Part shown: piece after piece, positions 15,550 through 25,213 of the stretch
How the letters are laid out: each line of letters begins with the position of its first letter
Numbering within the stretch: position 1 is the first letter of the stretch
Source: an uncultured Candidatus Saccharibacteria bacterium
Lineage (GTDB): Bacteria > Patescibacteriota > Minisyncoccia > Phycocordibacterales > DATDWN01
Length of the DNA: 35,920 nt
Direction: 5' to 3'
NCBI GenBank assembly: GCA_964551495.1
Contig: CAZKCA010000006.1
Location: 1-35,920 of the forward strand
Translations under genes and position numbers: made by a program
The notes under the pieces: model-generated
Databases searched by the model: none
The model's input: only the letters and a program-made list of their open reading frames with translations
Told to the model about the DNA's origin: nothing

Positions 15550-18021
15550 ATGGCCAAAAAAGACACAGAAAAATCTAGCGAAGAATTGAAGCCTGTTTTA
15601 GGTGGAAATGTCATACCTCAAGAGATTACAGATGAAATGAAGAGGTCTTTTATAGACTATGCTATGTCTGTTATTACAGATCGTGCTCTGCCAGATGTTA
15701 GAGACGGTCTAAAACCTGTTCACAGAAGAATTCTTTATTCTATGAATGAAAATGGTCTTACTATTTCTGGTAAGACTAGGAAATCTGCGACGGTGGTTGG
15801 ATCTGTGATCGGAGATTATCACCCCCATGGTGATGTGGCTGTTTATGATGCTATGGTAAAAATGGCTCAAGACTTTACCATGCGTTATCCTCTCATTATT
15901 GGTCAAGGAAACTTTGGTTCTATAGATGGTGATAACGCTGCGGCTTATAGGTATACAGAAGCAAAAATGTCCAGACTAACATCTGAAGTTCTAAGAGACA
16001 TAGAAAAAGATACCGTTGATTTTATTCCAAACTATGATGGTACCAAAAAGGAACCAAAAGTTTTGCCTACTGCTGTGCCAAATCTTTTGTTAAATGGAAC
16101 ACTTGGTATTGCTGTTGGAATGGCCACAAATATTCCTCCTCACAACTTAGGTGAAGTAATGGACGCAGTTAACCATCTTTTGGATAACCCAGAAGCTACA
16201 ACAGATGATTTGTTGCAATTTGTAAAAGGGCCAGATTTTCCAGTAGGAGGTGTCGCTTTCAATCAAAAAGATATTTCTCATGCTTACGCACATGGTAAAG
16301 GTGGTGTTGTTGTCAGAGGTGTGGCCGAGGTTGTTGAAACCAAAGCAGGACAATTTCAAATTGTCATAACCTCAATACCTTTCAGAGTAAACAAGCAGAC
16401 TTTAGTGGAAAAAATCGCCGAGCTTTTAAGAGACAAAAAACTTGAAGGTATAAAAGGTCTTCGAGATGAATCAGCTAAAGATATAAGAGTAGTGATTGAT
16501 TTGAAAGGGGGAAGTCATCCTCAAAATGTTTTGAATTTCCTATACAAACATACTCAATTAGAAGACACATTTCATTACAATATGGTTGCCTTGGTAGATG
16601 GAGTACCTCAGACGCTTTCTCTAAAAGATGTTTTGGAGGAGTTTGTAAAGCACAGGAAGGAAGTAATTAAAAGAAGAACAGAATTTGATCTAAAAAAAGC
16701 ATTAGAAAGAGAACATATTCTTTTGGGTCTTAAAAAAGCATTAGATCATATAGATAAAATAATCAAGTTGATCAGAGGCTCAAAAGATACTCCAGAAGCT
16801 CACAAAAATTTGATAAAAGAGTTTAAGTTTTCTCCTATTCAAGCAACAGCTATTTTGGAAATGAAGCTCCAAAGGCTTGCTGGTCTTGAGAGAAAGAAGA
16901 TAGAAGATGAGCTAAAAGCAGTTCAACTTTTGATAGAGGAACTAAAGTCTATTTTAGGAAGTGTTAAGAAAATTATTTCTATAATTAAAAAAGAATCAGA
17001 AGAAATAAAAGAAAAGTATGGAGATGAAAGAAGGACTAAAATAATGAAAGGTGGGGTTCAAGTTCTTTCTGTGGAAGATCTTATACCAGACGAAGAAAAT
17101 GCTTTGGTTTTGACTGCTGGTGGGTATATAAAGAGAACAAACCCAGATGAATTTAGAAAACAAAGACGAGGTGGTGTGGGTGTGGTTGATTTAGATACCA
17201 AAGAAGAAGATTTTGTCACTCACCTTTTAACCGCTTCTACTCATAATGATCTTTTATTCTTCACAAACAAGGGGAAAGCTTATCAGACCAAGATGTATGA
17301 TATTCCAGAAGGTAGAAGAGCAACAAGAGGAAAGTCTGTTATGAATTTTTTGCCACTTTCCGAAGGGGAGAAAGTTACTGCAATTTTGCCTATGCCAAAA
17401 GAAGTCAAAAAATCTGACTCTTCAATAATGATGCTTACAAAACATGGTGTGGTCAAAAAATGTAGCGCCGCTAGTTTTCATGATGTAAGAATTTCTGGAA
17501 TTATTGCAATCAAACTAGATGGTAACGATGAGCTAGTTTCAACTTCTTTTGTAAACAAAAAAGATACATTTATTGTTGTGACAGAAAAAGGTCAGGCTAT
17601 TCATTTCAAGGAATCTGATATAAGAGAAATGGGTAGAACAGCTATGGGAGTGAGGGGAATAAAACTAGGTAAAGGAGATTCTGTTATTTCTGCTGATGTT
17701 GTTCCAAATACTTGGGACAGTCCTACACTTATGGTCATTTCTGAAAATGGTTATGGTAAAAGGACAGATATAGATGAATATAAAATCCAAAATAGAGGAG
17801 GTTCTGGAATAAAAACAGCAAAAGTTACATCTAAAACAGGTAAACTTATCTCAGCTAAACTTTTTGAAAACGATGATGCAGAAGTAGTAGCAATGTCTAA
17901 AAAATCTCAAGTTATAAGAACAGATGTAAAAGAAATTCCTGTACTAGGAAGACAAACTCAGGGTGTTAGAATAATGAAACTTCGCGAAGGGGATGGAATT
18001 GCATCTCTTGTGTGTTTGTAA
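15550..18021 (+). CDS. gyrA: DNA gyrase subunit A
   Basis: [22 protein letters not shown] (active-site Tyr region) and C-terminal beta-pinwheel repeats, 823 aa. Confidence 0.95.
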   Translation: MAKKDTEKSSEELKPVLGGNVIPQEITDEMKRSFIDYAMSVITDRALPDVRDGLKPVHRRILYSMNENGLTISGKTRKSATVVGSVIGDYHPHGDVAVYDAMVKMAQDFTMRYPLIIGQGNFGSIDGDNAAAYRYTEAKMSRLTSEVLRDIEKDTVDFIPNYDGTKKEPKVLPTAVPNLLLNGTLGIAVGMATNIPPHNLGEVMDAVNHLLDNPEATTDDLLQFVKGPDFPVGGVAFNQKDISHAYAHGKGGVVVRGVAEVVETKAGQFQIVITSIPFRVNKQTLVEKIAELLRDKKLEGIKGLRDESAKDIRVVIDLKGGSHPQNVLNFLYKHTQLEDTFHYNMVALVDGVPQTLSLKDVLEEFVKHRKEVIKRRTEFDLKKALEREHILLGLKKALDHIDKIIKLIRGSKDTPEAHKNLIKEFKFSPIQATAILEMKLQRLAGLERKKIEDELKAVQLLIEELKSILGSVKKIISIIKKESEEIKEKYGDERRTKIMKGGVQVLSVEDLIPDEENALVLTAGGYIKRTNPDEFRKQRRGGVGVVDLDTKEEDFVTHLLTASTHNDLLFFTNKGKAYQTKMYDIPEGRRATRGKSVMNFLPLSEGEKVTAILPMPKEVKKSDSSIMMLTKHGVVKKCSAASFHDVRISGIIAIKLDGNDELVSTSFVNKKDTFIVVTEKGQAIHFKESDIREMGRTAMGVRGIKLGKGDSVISADVVPNTWDSPTLMVISENGYGKRTDIDEYKIQNRGGSGIKTAKVTSKTGKLISAKLFENDDAEVVAMSKKSQVIRTDVKEIPVLGRQTQGVRIMKLREGDGIASLVCL

Positions 18022-18051
18022 AAAGTTTATAAATTTTCCCTAATTTCAAAA

Positions 18052-18134
18052 CGTCCTCGATTTTTATAAAACAAAGCGCTCGTCACTGACCTCTCGCCAA
18101 ACTCGCTACGCTCAGACAGTGTCTCCGGCTGGCG
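18052..18134. repeat. GC-rich 83-nt intergenic repeat, copy B (inverted partner of 6203-6285)
   Basis: Reverse complement of copy A with about 10 mismatches. Lies directly downstream of gyrA and is followed by a T-rich run. Confidence 0.85.
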
Positions 18135-18273
18135 ATCCTCGTTTTTGTTTTAGCTAAAAATCTGCGAATGTTTTTAAATTAGGGAAAATTATTGATGAAG
18201 TTTTAAAAAATCAAGGCGAATATGTGTATTTCTTTCTTTTATATTGCAAAATAAAATAGTATTATAAATACAT

Positions 18274-18801
18274 ATGTTTTCTGATCCTGAAAAAAATATT
18301 GAACAATGTGGTATTCAAGCGGGTATGGATATCGCAGATTTAGGTGCCGGTTCAGGATTTTACACTATATCTGCTGCCAAAGCACTGGCTTCTACCGGTT
18401 GTGTTTATGCTGTAGATGCCCAAAAAGAGCTCTTAACTAAGTTAAAAAATACAGCTAGTAGGGAAGGTTTGTATAATATAGAAGTTGTTTGGGGAGATAT
18501 AGAAAAAGTTGGAGGAACTCATTTGAGAGAAGGTTCTATAGATTTTGTTATGCTATGCAATGTTTTGTTTCAAATAGAAGACAGAAAAGGCACTATTCAA
18601 GAAATAAAAAGAATATTAAAACCAAATGGTAGAGTTTTGGTTGTAGACTGGTCAGATTCTTTTGGTGGTATTGGTCCAAGACCAGAAAATATTATTCAGA
18701 GAAACGTTGCCTTGGAGATTTTTGAAGCCGAAGGTTTTCATTTGGACAGAGAAATTAGAGCAGGCGCACATCATTATGGTATTATTTTGAAAAAGCTATG
18801 A
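18274..18801 (+). CDS. Class I SAM-dependent methyltransferase
   Basis: Motif I DLGAGSGFYT, LKPNGRVLVVDW post-motif, 175 aa. Confidence 0.8.
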   Translation: MFSDPEKNIEQCGIQAGMDIADLGAGSGFYTISAAKALASTGCVYAVDAQKELLTKLKNTASREGLYNIEVVWGDIEKVGGTHLREGSIDFVMLCNVLFQIEDRKGTIQEIKRILKPNGRVLVVDWSDSFGGIGPRPENIIQRNVALEIFEAEGFHLDREIRAGAHHYGIILKKL

Positions 18802-20090
18802 AAGGAATGAGTAATTTTCAAATTGGACTAATGGTTATCTTCGGCGCATCTTTAGTGATTGGTCTTTTTGTGTTTGCCACCCAAAGAAGTAGTTTTGGAG
18901 AAGATTCAGCTTCTGTTTTGATTTGGGGAACTCTTCCTCAGGAAACTTTTGATACTGTTTACAAGGCTTCTAGTATTTCAAAAAATAAAAAAGTTTTAGT
19001 TTCTTATGTCAGAAAGGATCCAGCAGATTTTGATACTGATTTCGTAGAAGCTTTGGCAGACGGTAGGGGTCCAGATGTGGTTATTTTAAGACACGATTCT
19101 GTTTATACTCATAGAAATAGAATTTTCCCGATACCATACAGGAGTTTTAGTGAAAGAAATTTCAAGGACATTTTTATTGAAAATGGTGAAATATTTTTAG
19201 GACCTGAGGGTATAGTAGCCTTTCCGTTTATAGTAGATCCTTTGGTTATGTATTGGAACAGAGATATGTTCTCAAACAATCTCGTAGTCAACCCCCCAAG
19301 ATTTTGGGATGAATTTTACCCTCTTATAGAAAAGATAACCAGAAAAGATTCTTCTGGAAATGTTATGCAGAGTGCTATTGCTTTTGGAGAGTGGAGAAAT
19401 GTCACAAATGCCAAAAGTATTGTTTCTCTTCTTTTTATTCAGGCGGGTACACCGATTGTTTCTGTAGAAGCTGGAGAATATAGATCTGTGTTGGCTTCTC
19501 AATTTGATTATCCTGTTGCTCCAGCTCAGTCTTCTTTGAATTTCTATACCCAATTTTCCAACCCAACATCTGTGAATTATAGCTGGAATAGATCACTACC
19601 TTCTTCGCAAAACTTTTTCCTTTCTTCAAATTTAGCTACTTATATTGGTTTTGCTAGTGAAATATTTTCTTTACAACAAAAAAACCCAAACCTAAACTTT
19701 GATGTAACTTATGTTCCTCAGATACGATCTGCAGAAAATAGAACAAATTTTGCCAATCTGTATGGACTTTCTGTTGTTAGGCAATCAAAAAACATAGCAG
19801 CCGCATTTTCGGTTGTTACTTCTTTGGTAGAACCAGCATCACTAAAAGCTCTAGAAACAAAAACAAACTTACCACCTGTAAGAAGAGATTTGCTTGCGGA
19901 TAAGCCAACAGACGCCTATAGATCTGTATTTTATGACTCTGCTCTGGTTAGTAGATCTTGGATAGATCCAAGTCCAACAGACACCTCAGAAATATTTAGA
20001 ACAATGGTGGAATCAGTTACATCTGGTCAAGCCAGAATATCTGAATCATTAAACAGAGCAAATAGTTCTTTGGATAATTTATTTAGATAA
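18798..20090 (+). CDS. Membrane-anchored extracellular solute-binding-protein-like protein
   Basis: N-terminal TM anchor. DPLVMYWNRDMF resembles the family-1 SBP motif. Start overlaps the methyltransferase stop (ATGA). Confidence 0.45.
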   Translation: MKGMSNFQIGLMVIFGASLVIGLFVFATQRSSFGEDSASVLIWGTLPQETFDTVYKASSISKNKKVLVSYVRKDPADFDTDFVEALADGRGPDVVILRHDSVYTHRNRIFPIPYRSFSERNFKDIFIENGEIFLGPEGIVAFPFIVDPLVMYWNRDMFSNNLVVNPPRFWDEFYPLIEKITRKDSSGNVMQSAIAFGEWRNVTNAKSIVSLLFIQAGTPIVSVEAGEYRSVLASQFDYPVAPAQSSLNFYTQFSNPTSVNYSWNRSLPSSQNFFLSSNLATYIGFASEIFSLQQKNPNLNFDVTYVPQIRSAENRTNFANLYGLSVVRQSKNIAAAFSVVTSLVEPASLKALETKTNLPPVRRDLLADKPTDAYRSVFYDSALVSRSWIDPSPTDTSEIFRTMVESVTSGQARISESLNRANSSLDNLFR

Positions 20091-20093
20091 TTT

Positions 20094-20522
20094 ATGAAAA
20101 AAACCTTAATACATTCATTAATAATTTTTAGCTTAGCTTTCTTTGCTTTAACTTCTGTATCATTTGCTCAATCAGGTATAGAAGGTAACCAGCCTCCAGC
20201 TACACCAAGCGAAACTTCTGGCTATAGAGGGGTCATCCCTAATTGTCAGGGAAACACTTGTACTTGGAATGATATTATTAAGACAATAGATTATCTTGTT
20301 GATTTGGCTATGGGTATTGCTCTTGTATTTTCTTCGGCAGTTATAGCTTTTGCTGGATTTAAATATATGTCTTCCGGAGACAATCCAGGCAAGAGAAAAG
20401 AGGCAAATACAATGCTTCAAAAAGTTGTTATTGGAATTGTTTTGGTTATGGGTGCTTGGGTAATAGTTAATTTAATATTTACAGCTTTAGGTGCAGATCA
20501 GTCCATAAGATTTGCAATATAA
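20094..20522 (+). CDS. VirB2/TrbC-like (T4SS-type) pilin-family small membrane protein, paralog 1 of 6
   Basis: Signal peptide ending FAQ, then two hydrophobic helices joined by the FKYMSSGDNPGKRKE loop. Confidence 0.55.
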   Translation: MKKTLIHSLIIFSLAFFALTSVSFAQSGIEGNQPPATPSETSGYRGVIPNCQGNTCTWNDIIKTIDYLVDLAMGIALVFSSAVIAFAGFKYMSSGDNPGKRKEANTMLQKVVIGIVLVMGAWVIVNLIFTALGADQSIRFAI

Positions 20523-20526
20523 AAAT

Positions 20527-20946
20527 ATGAAAAAAACTTTAATACATTCATTAATAATTTTTAGCCTAGCTTTCTTTGCTTTAACTTCTGTATCATTTGC
20601 TCAATCAGGTATAGAAGGTAACCAGCCTCCAGCTACACCGAGTACTCCGAGCAATAATACGAGTTATGATATAAAAATAACAAACCCTTTGAAGGTGGGG
20701 GATAAGCTTACGGACATAATAGTGGCTGTTTTAAATAATGTTGTTATGCCTATAGCAGCAGTGGCAGCTGTGCTCTATATAATCTTGGCTGGTTTCAAAT
20801 ACGTTTCTGCCAGAGGTAACCCTGCCAAGATACAGAGTGCTCATCAAAATCTATTATGGGCGCTAGTTGGAACTGGTATTTTGTTAGGTGCAGCTGGTAT
20901 TTCTAGGGTTTTACAAAATACAGTAAATCAGTTTTTAATAAATTAA
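20527..20946 (+). CDS. VirB2/TrbC-like pilin-family protein, paralog 2
   Basis: True start at MKKTLIHS. The first 120 nt are nearly identical to paralog 1. Helix-loop-helix GFKYVSARGNPAKIQ. Confidence 0.55.
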   Translation: MKKTLIHSLIIFSLAFFALTSVSFAQSGIEGNQPPATPSTPSNNTSYDIKITNPLKVGDKLTDIIVAVLNNVVMPIAAVAAVLYIILAGFKYVSARGNPAKIQSAHQNLLWALVGTGILLGAAGISRVLQNTVNQFLIN

Positions 20947-20951
20947 TATTT

Positions 20952-21341
20952 ATGAAATATTTATTAAAATTATCTATATTTTTAATACCATCTTTTACTT
21001 TAGCTTTTTCCTTAGGAGGAGATAGTACTTTTAAAAACGTTATTTTTGAAATTGTAAGTATACTAGAACTGGCTTTACCTCTTTTATTTGGGGGTGCCCT
21101 GATTATTTTCTTTTGGGGATTATCAAAATTTGTTATAAATTCTGACAATGAGACTGAATTAAAAAAAGGCAAAAACTATATGCTCTGGGGCATTTTGGCT
21201 TTGTTTATATTAATTTCTTACAGAACAATTGTTGGTTTGGTAGTCAGAGATTTGGAATTTGGTGATGGAAATACTATTCCTCAGCTTCCAACAGGAGGAA
21301 ATGTAGAGAGTGTTAATAGTAATATAAATTTTAATCCTTAA
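20952..21341 (+). CDS. VirB2/TrbC-like pilin-family protein, paralog 3
   Basis: Signal peptide; FFWGLSKFVINSDNETELKKGKNYMLWGILALFIL. Confidence 0.55.
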   Translation: MKYLLKLSIFLIPSFTLAFSLGGDSTFKNVIFEIVSILELALPLLFGGALIIFFWGLSKFVINSDNETELKKGKNYMLWGILALFILISYRTIVGLVVRDLEFGDGNTIPQLPTGGNVESVNSNINFNP

Positions 21342-21344
21342 GAT

Positions 21345-21728
21345 ATGAAAAAAATATATAAAAATATAATTATATTATTAGTATTGTTTCCAAGTTTTTC
21401 TTTTGCTGCTTTAGATGGTCTCAAAGGGCTTATGAGTGAGTCTTTGGGTTTGTTAAATCTAGGTATAAGGATTATTTTTGCATTAGCTTTAGTTTTATTT
21501 TTCTGGGGTCTTGTCCAATTTATAATGAAGTCAGGGGATGCTAAATTACGAGATGAAGGTAAAAAAAGGATGATCTGGGGTATAATCGCTTTGTTTGTAA
21601 TGGTTTCTATATACGGAATATTAAACTTTGTTGGAAGTTTAGTTGGCATAAATCCAAATTCATCTGGGTCTCTAGAAGTTTGTCCTCCTGGTACTATCAA
21701 TGCTGGAGGCACTGGTCCTTGTGATTAA
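21345..21728 (+). CDS. VirB2/TrbC-like pilin-family protein, paralog 4
   Basis: Signal peptide; FFWGLVQFIMKSGDAKLRDEGKKRMIWGIIALFVMVSIYG. Confidence 0.55.
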   Translation: MKKIYKNIIILLVLFPSFSFAALDGLKGLMSESLGLLNLGIRIIFALALVLFFWGLVQFIMKSGDAKLRDEGKKRMIWGIIALFVMVSIYGILNFVGSLVGINPNSSGSLEVCPPGTINAGGTGPCD

Positions 21729-21828
21729 TTATCCACATTTTCTTGTATTTTAGCCAAATTTATACTATAATTTGGAGGTAGTTATTCGGTCGTTAGTTTT
21801 ATTAAAATATTTTAATAATTATAAAATA

Positions 21829-22182
21829 ATGAAGAAATTTATTTACACTGCTTTGTCTTTGTCACCTATGTTGGCTTTGGCACAAGAAGGAAACCTTGGT
21901 GGAGTTGAAAGATTGGTTAGACAATTTGGAGATATCCTAAATAGTCTTGTTATTCCAATATTGTTTGCTATTGCTATCATTTACTTCTTCTGGGGTCTTG
22001 TAAAATACATCAAGTCTGCAGGAGATCCAAAGGCAGCAGCTGAGGGAAGATCTATAATGATCTGGGGTATAATAGCTCTAGTTGTTATGGTTTCTGTTTA
22101 TGGTCTTATAGCTTGGGTTCAAAGTGCTTTTGGAATCCAAGGTGGAGCTACACCTACTCTTCCTACAGTTCCAGGTCTATAA
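21829..22182 (+). CDS. VirB2/TrbC-like pilin-family protein, paralog 5
   Basis: Start at MKKFIYTALS (the track starts at 21772). FFWGLVKYIKSAGDPKAAAEGRSIMIWGIIALVVMVSVYG. Confidence 0.55.
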   Translation: MKKFIYTALSLSPMLALAQEGNLGGVERLVRQFGDILNSLVIPILFAIAIIYFFWGLVKYIKSAGDPKAAAEGRSIMIWGIIALVVMVSVYGLIAWVQSAFGIQGGATPTLPTVPGL

Positions 22183-22194
22183 TAGCAGTATTTT

Positions 22195-22470
22195 ATGATT
22201 ACCATTGCTCCTTTCTTAAATAAAGTAAACGCTTTTATAATAAACCCTCTTATATATCTTTTGTTTGTTGTATCATTTGTTTACTTTGCCTACGGAGTTT
22301 TCAAATTTCTTACTCTGGACGCTTCTGATGGGAAGAGGATAGAAGCAAGAAATGCTATTTTGTGGGGGATTGTTGGAATGGTAATTATGTTTTCTGTTTT
22401 CGGGCTTATCAGGTTTGTCTTGGACACATTTGGTATAAGTCCATCCGAAGTTAGATATATCGAACTTTAA
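22195..22470 (+). CDS. VirB2/TrbC-like pilin-family protein, paralog 6 (no signal peptide)
   Basis: FAYGVFKFLTLDASDGKRIEARNAILWGIVGMVIMFSVFG shows the same helix-loop-helix. A terminator follows. Confidence 0.5.
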   Translation: MITIAPFLNKVNAFIINPLIYLLFVVSFVYFAYGVFKFLTLDASDGKRIEARNAILWGIVGMVIMFSVFGLIRFVLDTFGISPSEVRYIEL

Positions 22471-22472
22471 TA

Positions 22473-22500
22473 AAAACCGCCTTCGGGCGGTTTTTGTTTT
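22473..22500 (+). terminator. Intrinsic terminator ending the pilin-like array
   Basis: AAACCGCC-ttcg-GGCGGTTT followed by a T-run. Confidence 0.8.
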
Positions 22501-22562
22501 GTGTAAATTTTTGCATAAAAAAACCGCGAGTCTCCCATTGTTAGGGAAAAACTCGCGGTAGT

Positions 22563-23906
22563 CTAGTAAAACTCAATCTTGTATTTTTCTTCTTTTTCGG
22601 TCATCGACCGATATCGAAGAGTTTTGATTTGCTGGTCTCGGATTTTTGCTCGGCCAGCTTTTTTGGGATCAAGTTCAATAACCTGATCCCCATTTATTTC
22701 AATCTGGGTAATTTCTTGCCCTAGACGATCGGAAGAGAAATTCCGACCATTAACCTCAATTGTTTCAGACCATTTTCCACCTGTTGGGGCGGTGATGATC
22801 AGTGTTTCCTTTGCCACTACCGGAGCGGTTGCTTCGGTAGAAGCTTTCCAGGCCGTCAGACCTGTTTGGTTATAGAGGTAGAGTGCTGCGAGGAAGTTTC
22901 CTTCCTCGGCTTCAGGATTGATATCCTTTATCTGGACATCATTTCCAAACCCGTTGACCTTGCGGTCAGGGTAGGCTGATACCTCCCTATACCATGAAGT
23001 CAGGTTGATTTGGTGTAAGCCTCGGTCGTTGCAGTTAATTCTGCCAACCAGGGCTTGCGAGCCATCGGATTCGAGATGGTTGTATTGAGACTCTCGTTCG
23101 ATGATCTTCATCATCTGTTCAAGATCCTCTTTGCTTTTGGCATGTTTGGACCAGAATTCTCTAGCCTTTTTTTCTCCCTCGGCGTTTGGGCCAGGGATAG
23201 GGCCGAGATTTCCAATTTCAGGACAGTCCGTTGGTGACGGCCGTCCAGAGGTTGCTTTTAGGTCCTCCGTGTTTGGTGGCGGATTAAGCCACGGGTCAAT
23301 CCATAGATTGAACACAAGGCCTGCCAGGGCAGCCCATATAACTGCATTACCAAACCCTGTGAGGACGTTTTCTTTTTTGCCTCGTTCCACCTTTTCTTCC
23401 CGAAGGAAGAGGTAGGCTAAGGCAATTGCCACTTGAGTAAAAACCGTCCACCAGTTTAGGATGTACTCTTTGTATCCCCACGTATCGTGGAAGAAAACAG
23501 CGAGCACTAAGTGTGTGAGCCCCAGTCCAACTAGTGGCTTCCAAACCTTTTTCCAGGTTTTAGTCAACCAGGATTCTCTATTTGGGTCTGGAGGATTTTT
23601 GATTATCTTTTTTCTCCATCTGATGAATAAAAATCCACCAATAGGGAGAAGAATTGATAGGACTAACACTGTCCACCACAACCATACTGGCATACCAGCA
23701 TCTAACTTTTGCAAGTAGACAAAGGTTTTCAGAATAGTTGTTGTTGTTAAGTAAAGGGCAATGACCACTAACACCAAAATGGTAATTGTGACCAAAGTTA
23801 TTCCAAGAGTTTTACCAATCAGACCAAGGGTCTTTTTGGTCGGTTTGACTGATGACAAGAAGTTGTCAATCAAATCGAAGGGTTTTTTTAACCAATCCCA
23901 GTTCAC
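22563..23906 (-). CDS. Polytopic membrane protein with a C-terminal lytic-transglycosylase (SLT)-like domain
   Basis: About 6 N-terminal TM helices. IIERESQYNH...DRGLHQIN...AALYLYNQTG fits the SLT E-S ... GLxQI ... Y..G pattern. GC is clearly above the window background. A minus-strand terminator lies at 22523-22559. Confidence 0.5.
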   Translation of the reverse strand: MNWDWLKKPFDLIDNFLSSVKPTKKTLGLIGKTLGITLVTITILVLVVIALYLTTTTILKTFVYLQKLDAGMPVWLWWTVLVLSILLPIGGFLFIRWRKKIIKNPPDPNRESWLTKTWKKVWKPLVGLGLTHLVLAVFFHDTWGYKEYILNWWTVFTQVAIALAYLFLREEKVERGKKENVLTGFGNAVIWAALAGLVFNLWIDPWLNPPPNTEDLKATSGRPSPTDCPEIGNLGPIPGPNAEGEKKAREFWSKHAKSKEDLEQMMKIIERESQYNHLESDGSQALVGRINCNDRGLHQINLTSWYREVSAYPDRKVNGFGNDVQIKDINPEAEEGNFLAALYLYNQTGLTAWKASTEATAPVVAKETLIITAPTGGKWSETIEVNGRNFSSDRLGQEITQIEINGDQVIELDPKKAGRAKIRDQQIKTLRYRSMTEKEEKYKIEFY

Positions 23907-25048
23907 TTCTTTCCTCCTTCTGTTGGTAGTCCGATTTGGACCCCTGTCCCTCCTGCTACGTATGTGGTTAGTTTACCTACTGCTTCTGCATTGATCTCTG
24001 CTACAACTGTAGCCGTAGCAAGTCTCAACGCTTCAGGGGCAGGCATACCACCTTTAACGTACATTTCCATAAGAGCGGATACTCTTCTTGTTTTAGCTTC
24101 AGCTATCTTCGCAATATATCCTCCTTCTCCATCAGCTTCAGCCAATTTTGCATTAGCTTTTTCTTTTGCGATGCGGGTTGCCTCTAGAGCCTCTTGCATT
24201 TTTTCAGCAGCCTTAGAGATTTCAGGGTCACTGATGTATAGGTGTTTTACTTTTACGCCAAGAGGTTTAAGTCTCAGGTTTAAGTCTTCCATTGCTTCAC
24301 CGAACTTTTCGGTGCCCAATTGTTTATCGGACTTTTCGCCTTTACCTTTATATGTTTCCCAGTCCATTTTAAGAACTTGGTTAGAAATAAAGGTTCCGAT
24401 GATATCGCTGATGGTCTGTAAAAAACCATCACTATATACTTCAAAGAAAGGTCTGGCATCCTCAACTTCAACAATTGCTGTGCTAAGGATATTGAACCGG
24501 ACCTGATCTTTGGTATCTAGTTCGTGATGATAGGTAGGTCTTGGAAACTCGGCATAGAGTCCGTATTTTTTTACTTTCGATGCTTTGAGTGCACTAGAAA
24601 GTCGGATTTTTTCTTGAGGAGTTTCTTCTGTGTCTTTTCTTACAACTCTGTCTATATAGACAGGTTTTACGTTCCTAAGATAGGGGAGCCCGATCCAGCG
24701 AACACCAAATGTCTTGATTAGCCAAGACTGTATAGATATTTCATTTCTAACTAGATTAGTTAGATTTTCAATTGTAACCTTAGTGTTAACCCTTTTGGGT
24801 TTAAGTTTACCATCTGGTCTTATCTCCTTACCTTTAACATTCCCTACATAATTGATTATAGGGCCGTTTTCCTCATTTCCGGCCACTATGGCTCGGATGA
24901 GGTTGGGTGTCTCATCCACAAACCCAAGACTTCGCCAGAAGCCCCATTTTTCAGAGGATTCCTGTTCCTCTGGTTTTCTGACTAGCAGTCCAGTGATAAC
25001 GATTATCACTGTTGCTATTAATGATAGAGAGGCAAAAAAGATTAACAT
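23903..25048 (-). CDS. Membrane-anchored protein with SPFH/band-7-like features (tentative)
   Basis: N-terminal TM and an Ala/Glu/Lys-rich C-terminal coiled region (EALEATRIAKEKANAKLAEADGEGGYIAKIAEAKTRR). 4-nt overlap with the downstream gene. High GC. Confidence 0.35.
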   Translation of the reverse strand: MLIFFASLSLIATVIIVITGLLVRKPEEQESSEKWGFWRSLGFVDETPNLIRAIVAGNEENGPIINYVGNVKGKEIRPDGKLKPKRVNTKVTIENLTNLVRNEISIQSWLIKTFGVRWIGLPYLRNVKPVYIDRVVRKDTEETPQEKIRLSSALKASKVKKYGLYAEFPRPTYHHELDTKDQVRFNILSTAIVEVEDARPFFEVYSDGFLQTISDIIGTFISNQVLKMDWETYKGKGEKSDKQLGTEKFGEAMEDLNLRLKPLGVKVKHLYISDPEISKAAEKMQEALEATRIAKEKANAKLAEADGEGGYIAKIAEAKTRRVSALMEMYVKGGMPAPEALRLATATVVAEINAEAVGKLTTYVAGGTGVQIGLPTEGGKK

Positions 25049-25128
25049 CTTTTCTCCTTTTCAAGATTGAATTTTCAAGGAACCGACTAGAGGTTTGACC
25101 CTAAAAGCCAGAACCTATTCCGTTATTA

Positions 25129-25157
25129 ATTCTATCACAAAAAGGCTAAAAAGTCAA
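25129..25157 (-). promoter_or_regulatory. Sigma70-like promoter for the GC-rich two-gene operon
   Basis: On the minus strand: TTGACT, 17-nt spacer, TAGAAT. AAGGAG RBS before the ATG at 25048. Confidence 0.55.
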
Positions 25158-25213
25158 GCTAAATTTTAATAAAAAAACAGCTCAACAAAGAGATATTTTT
25201 AATATTTTTATTA

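Noticed and set aside
22526-22540. 10-nt match (cgagtctccc) to the tRNA-Leu(TAG) T-arm, as a possible far boundary of the GC-rich islet
   Set aside because: It is short, in inverted orientation, and lies inside a good minus-strand terminator stem. It is compatible with chance.
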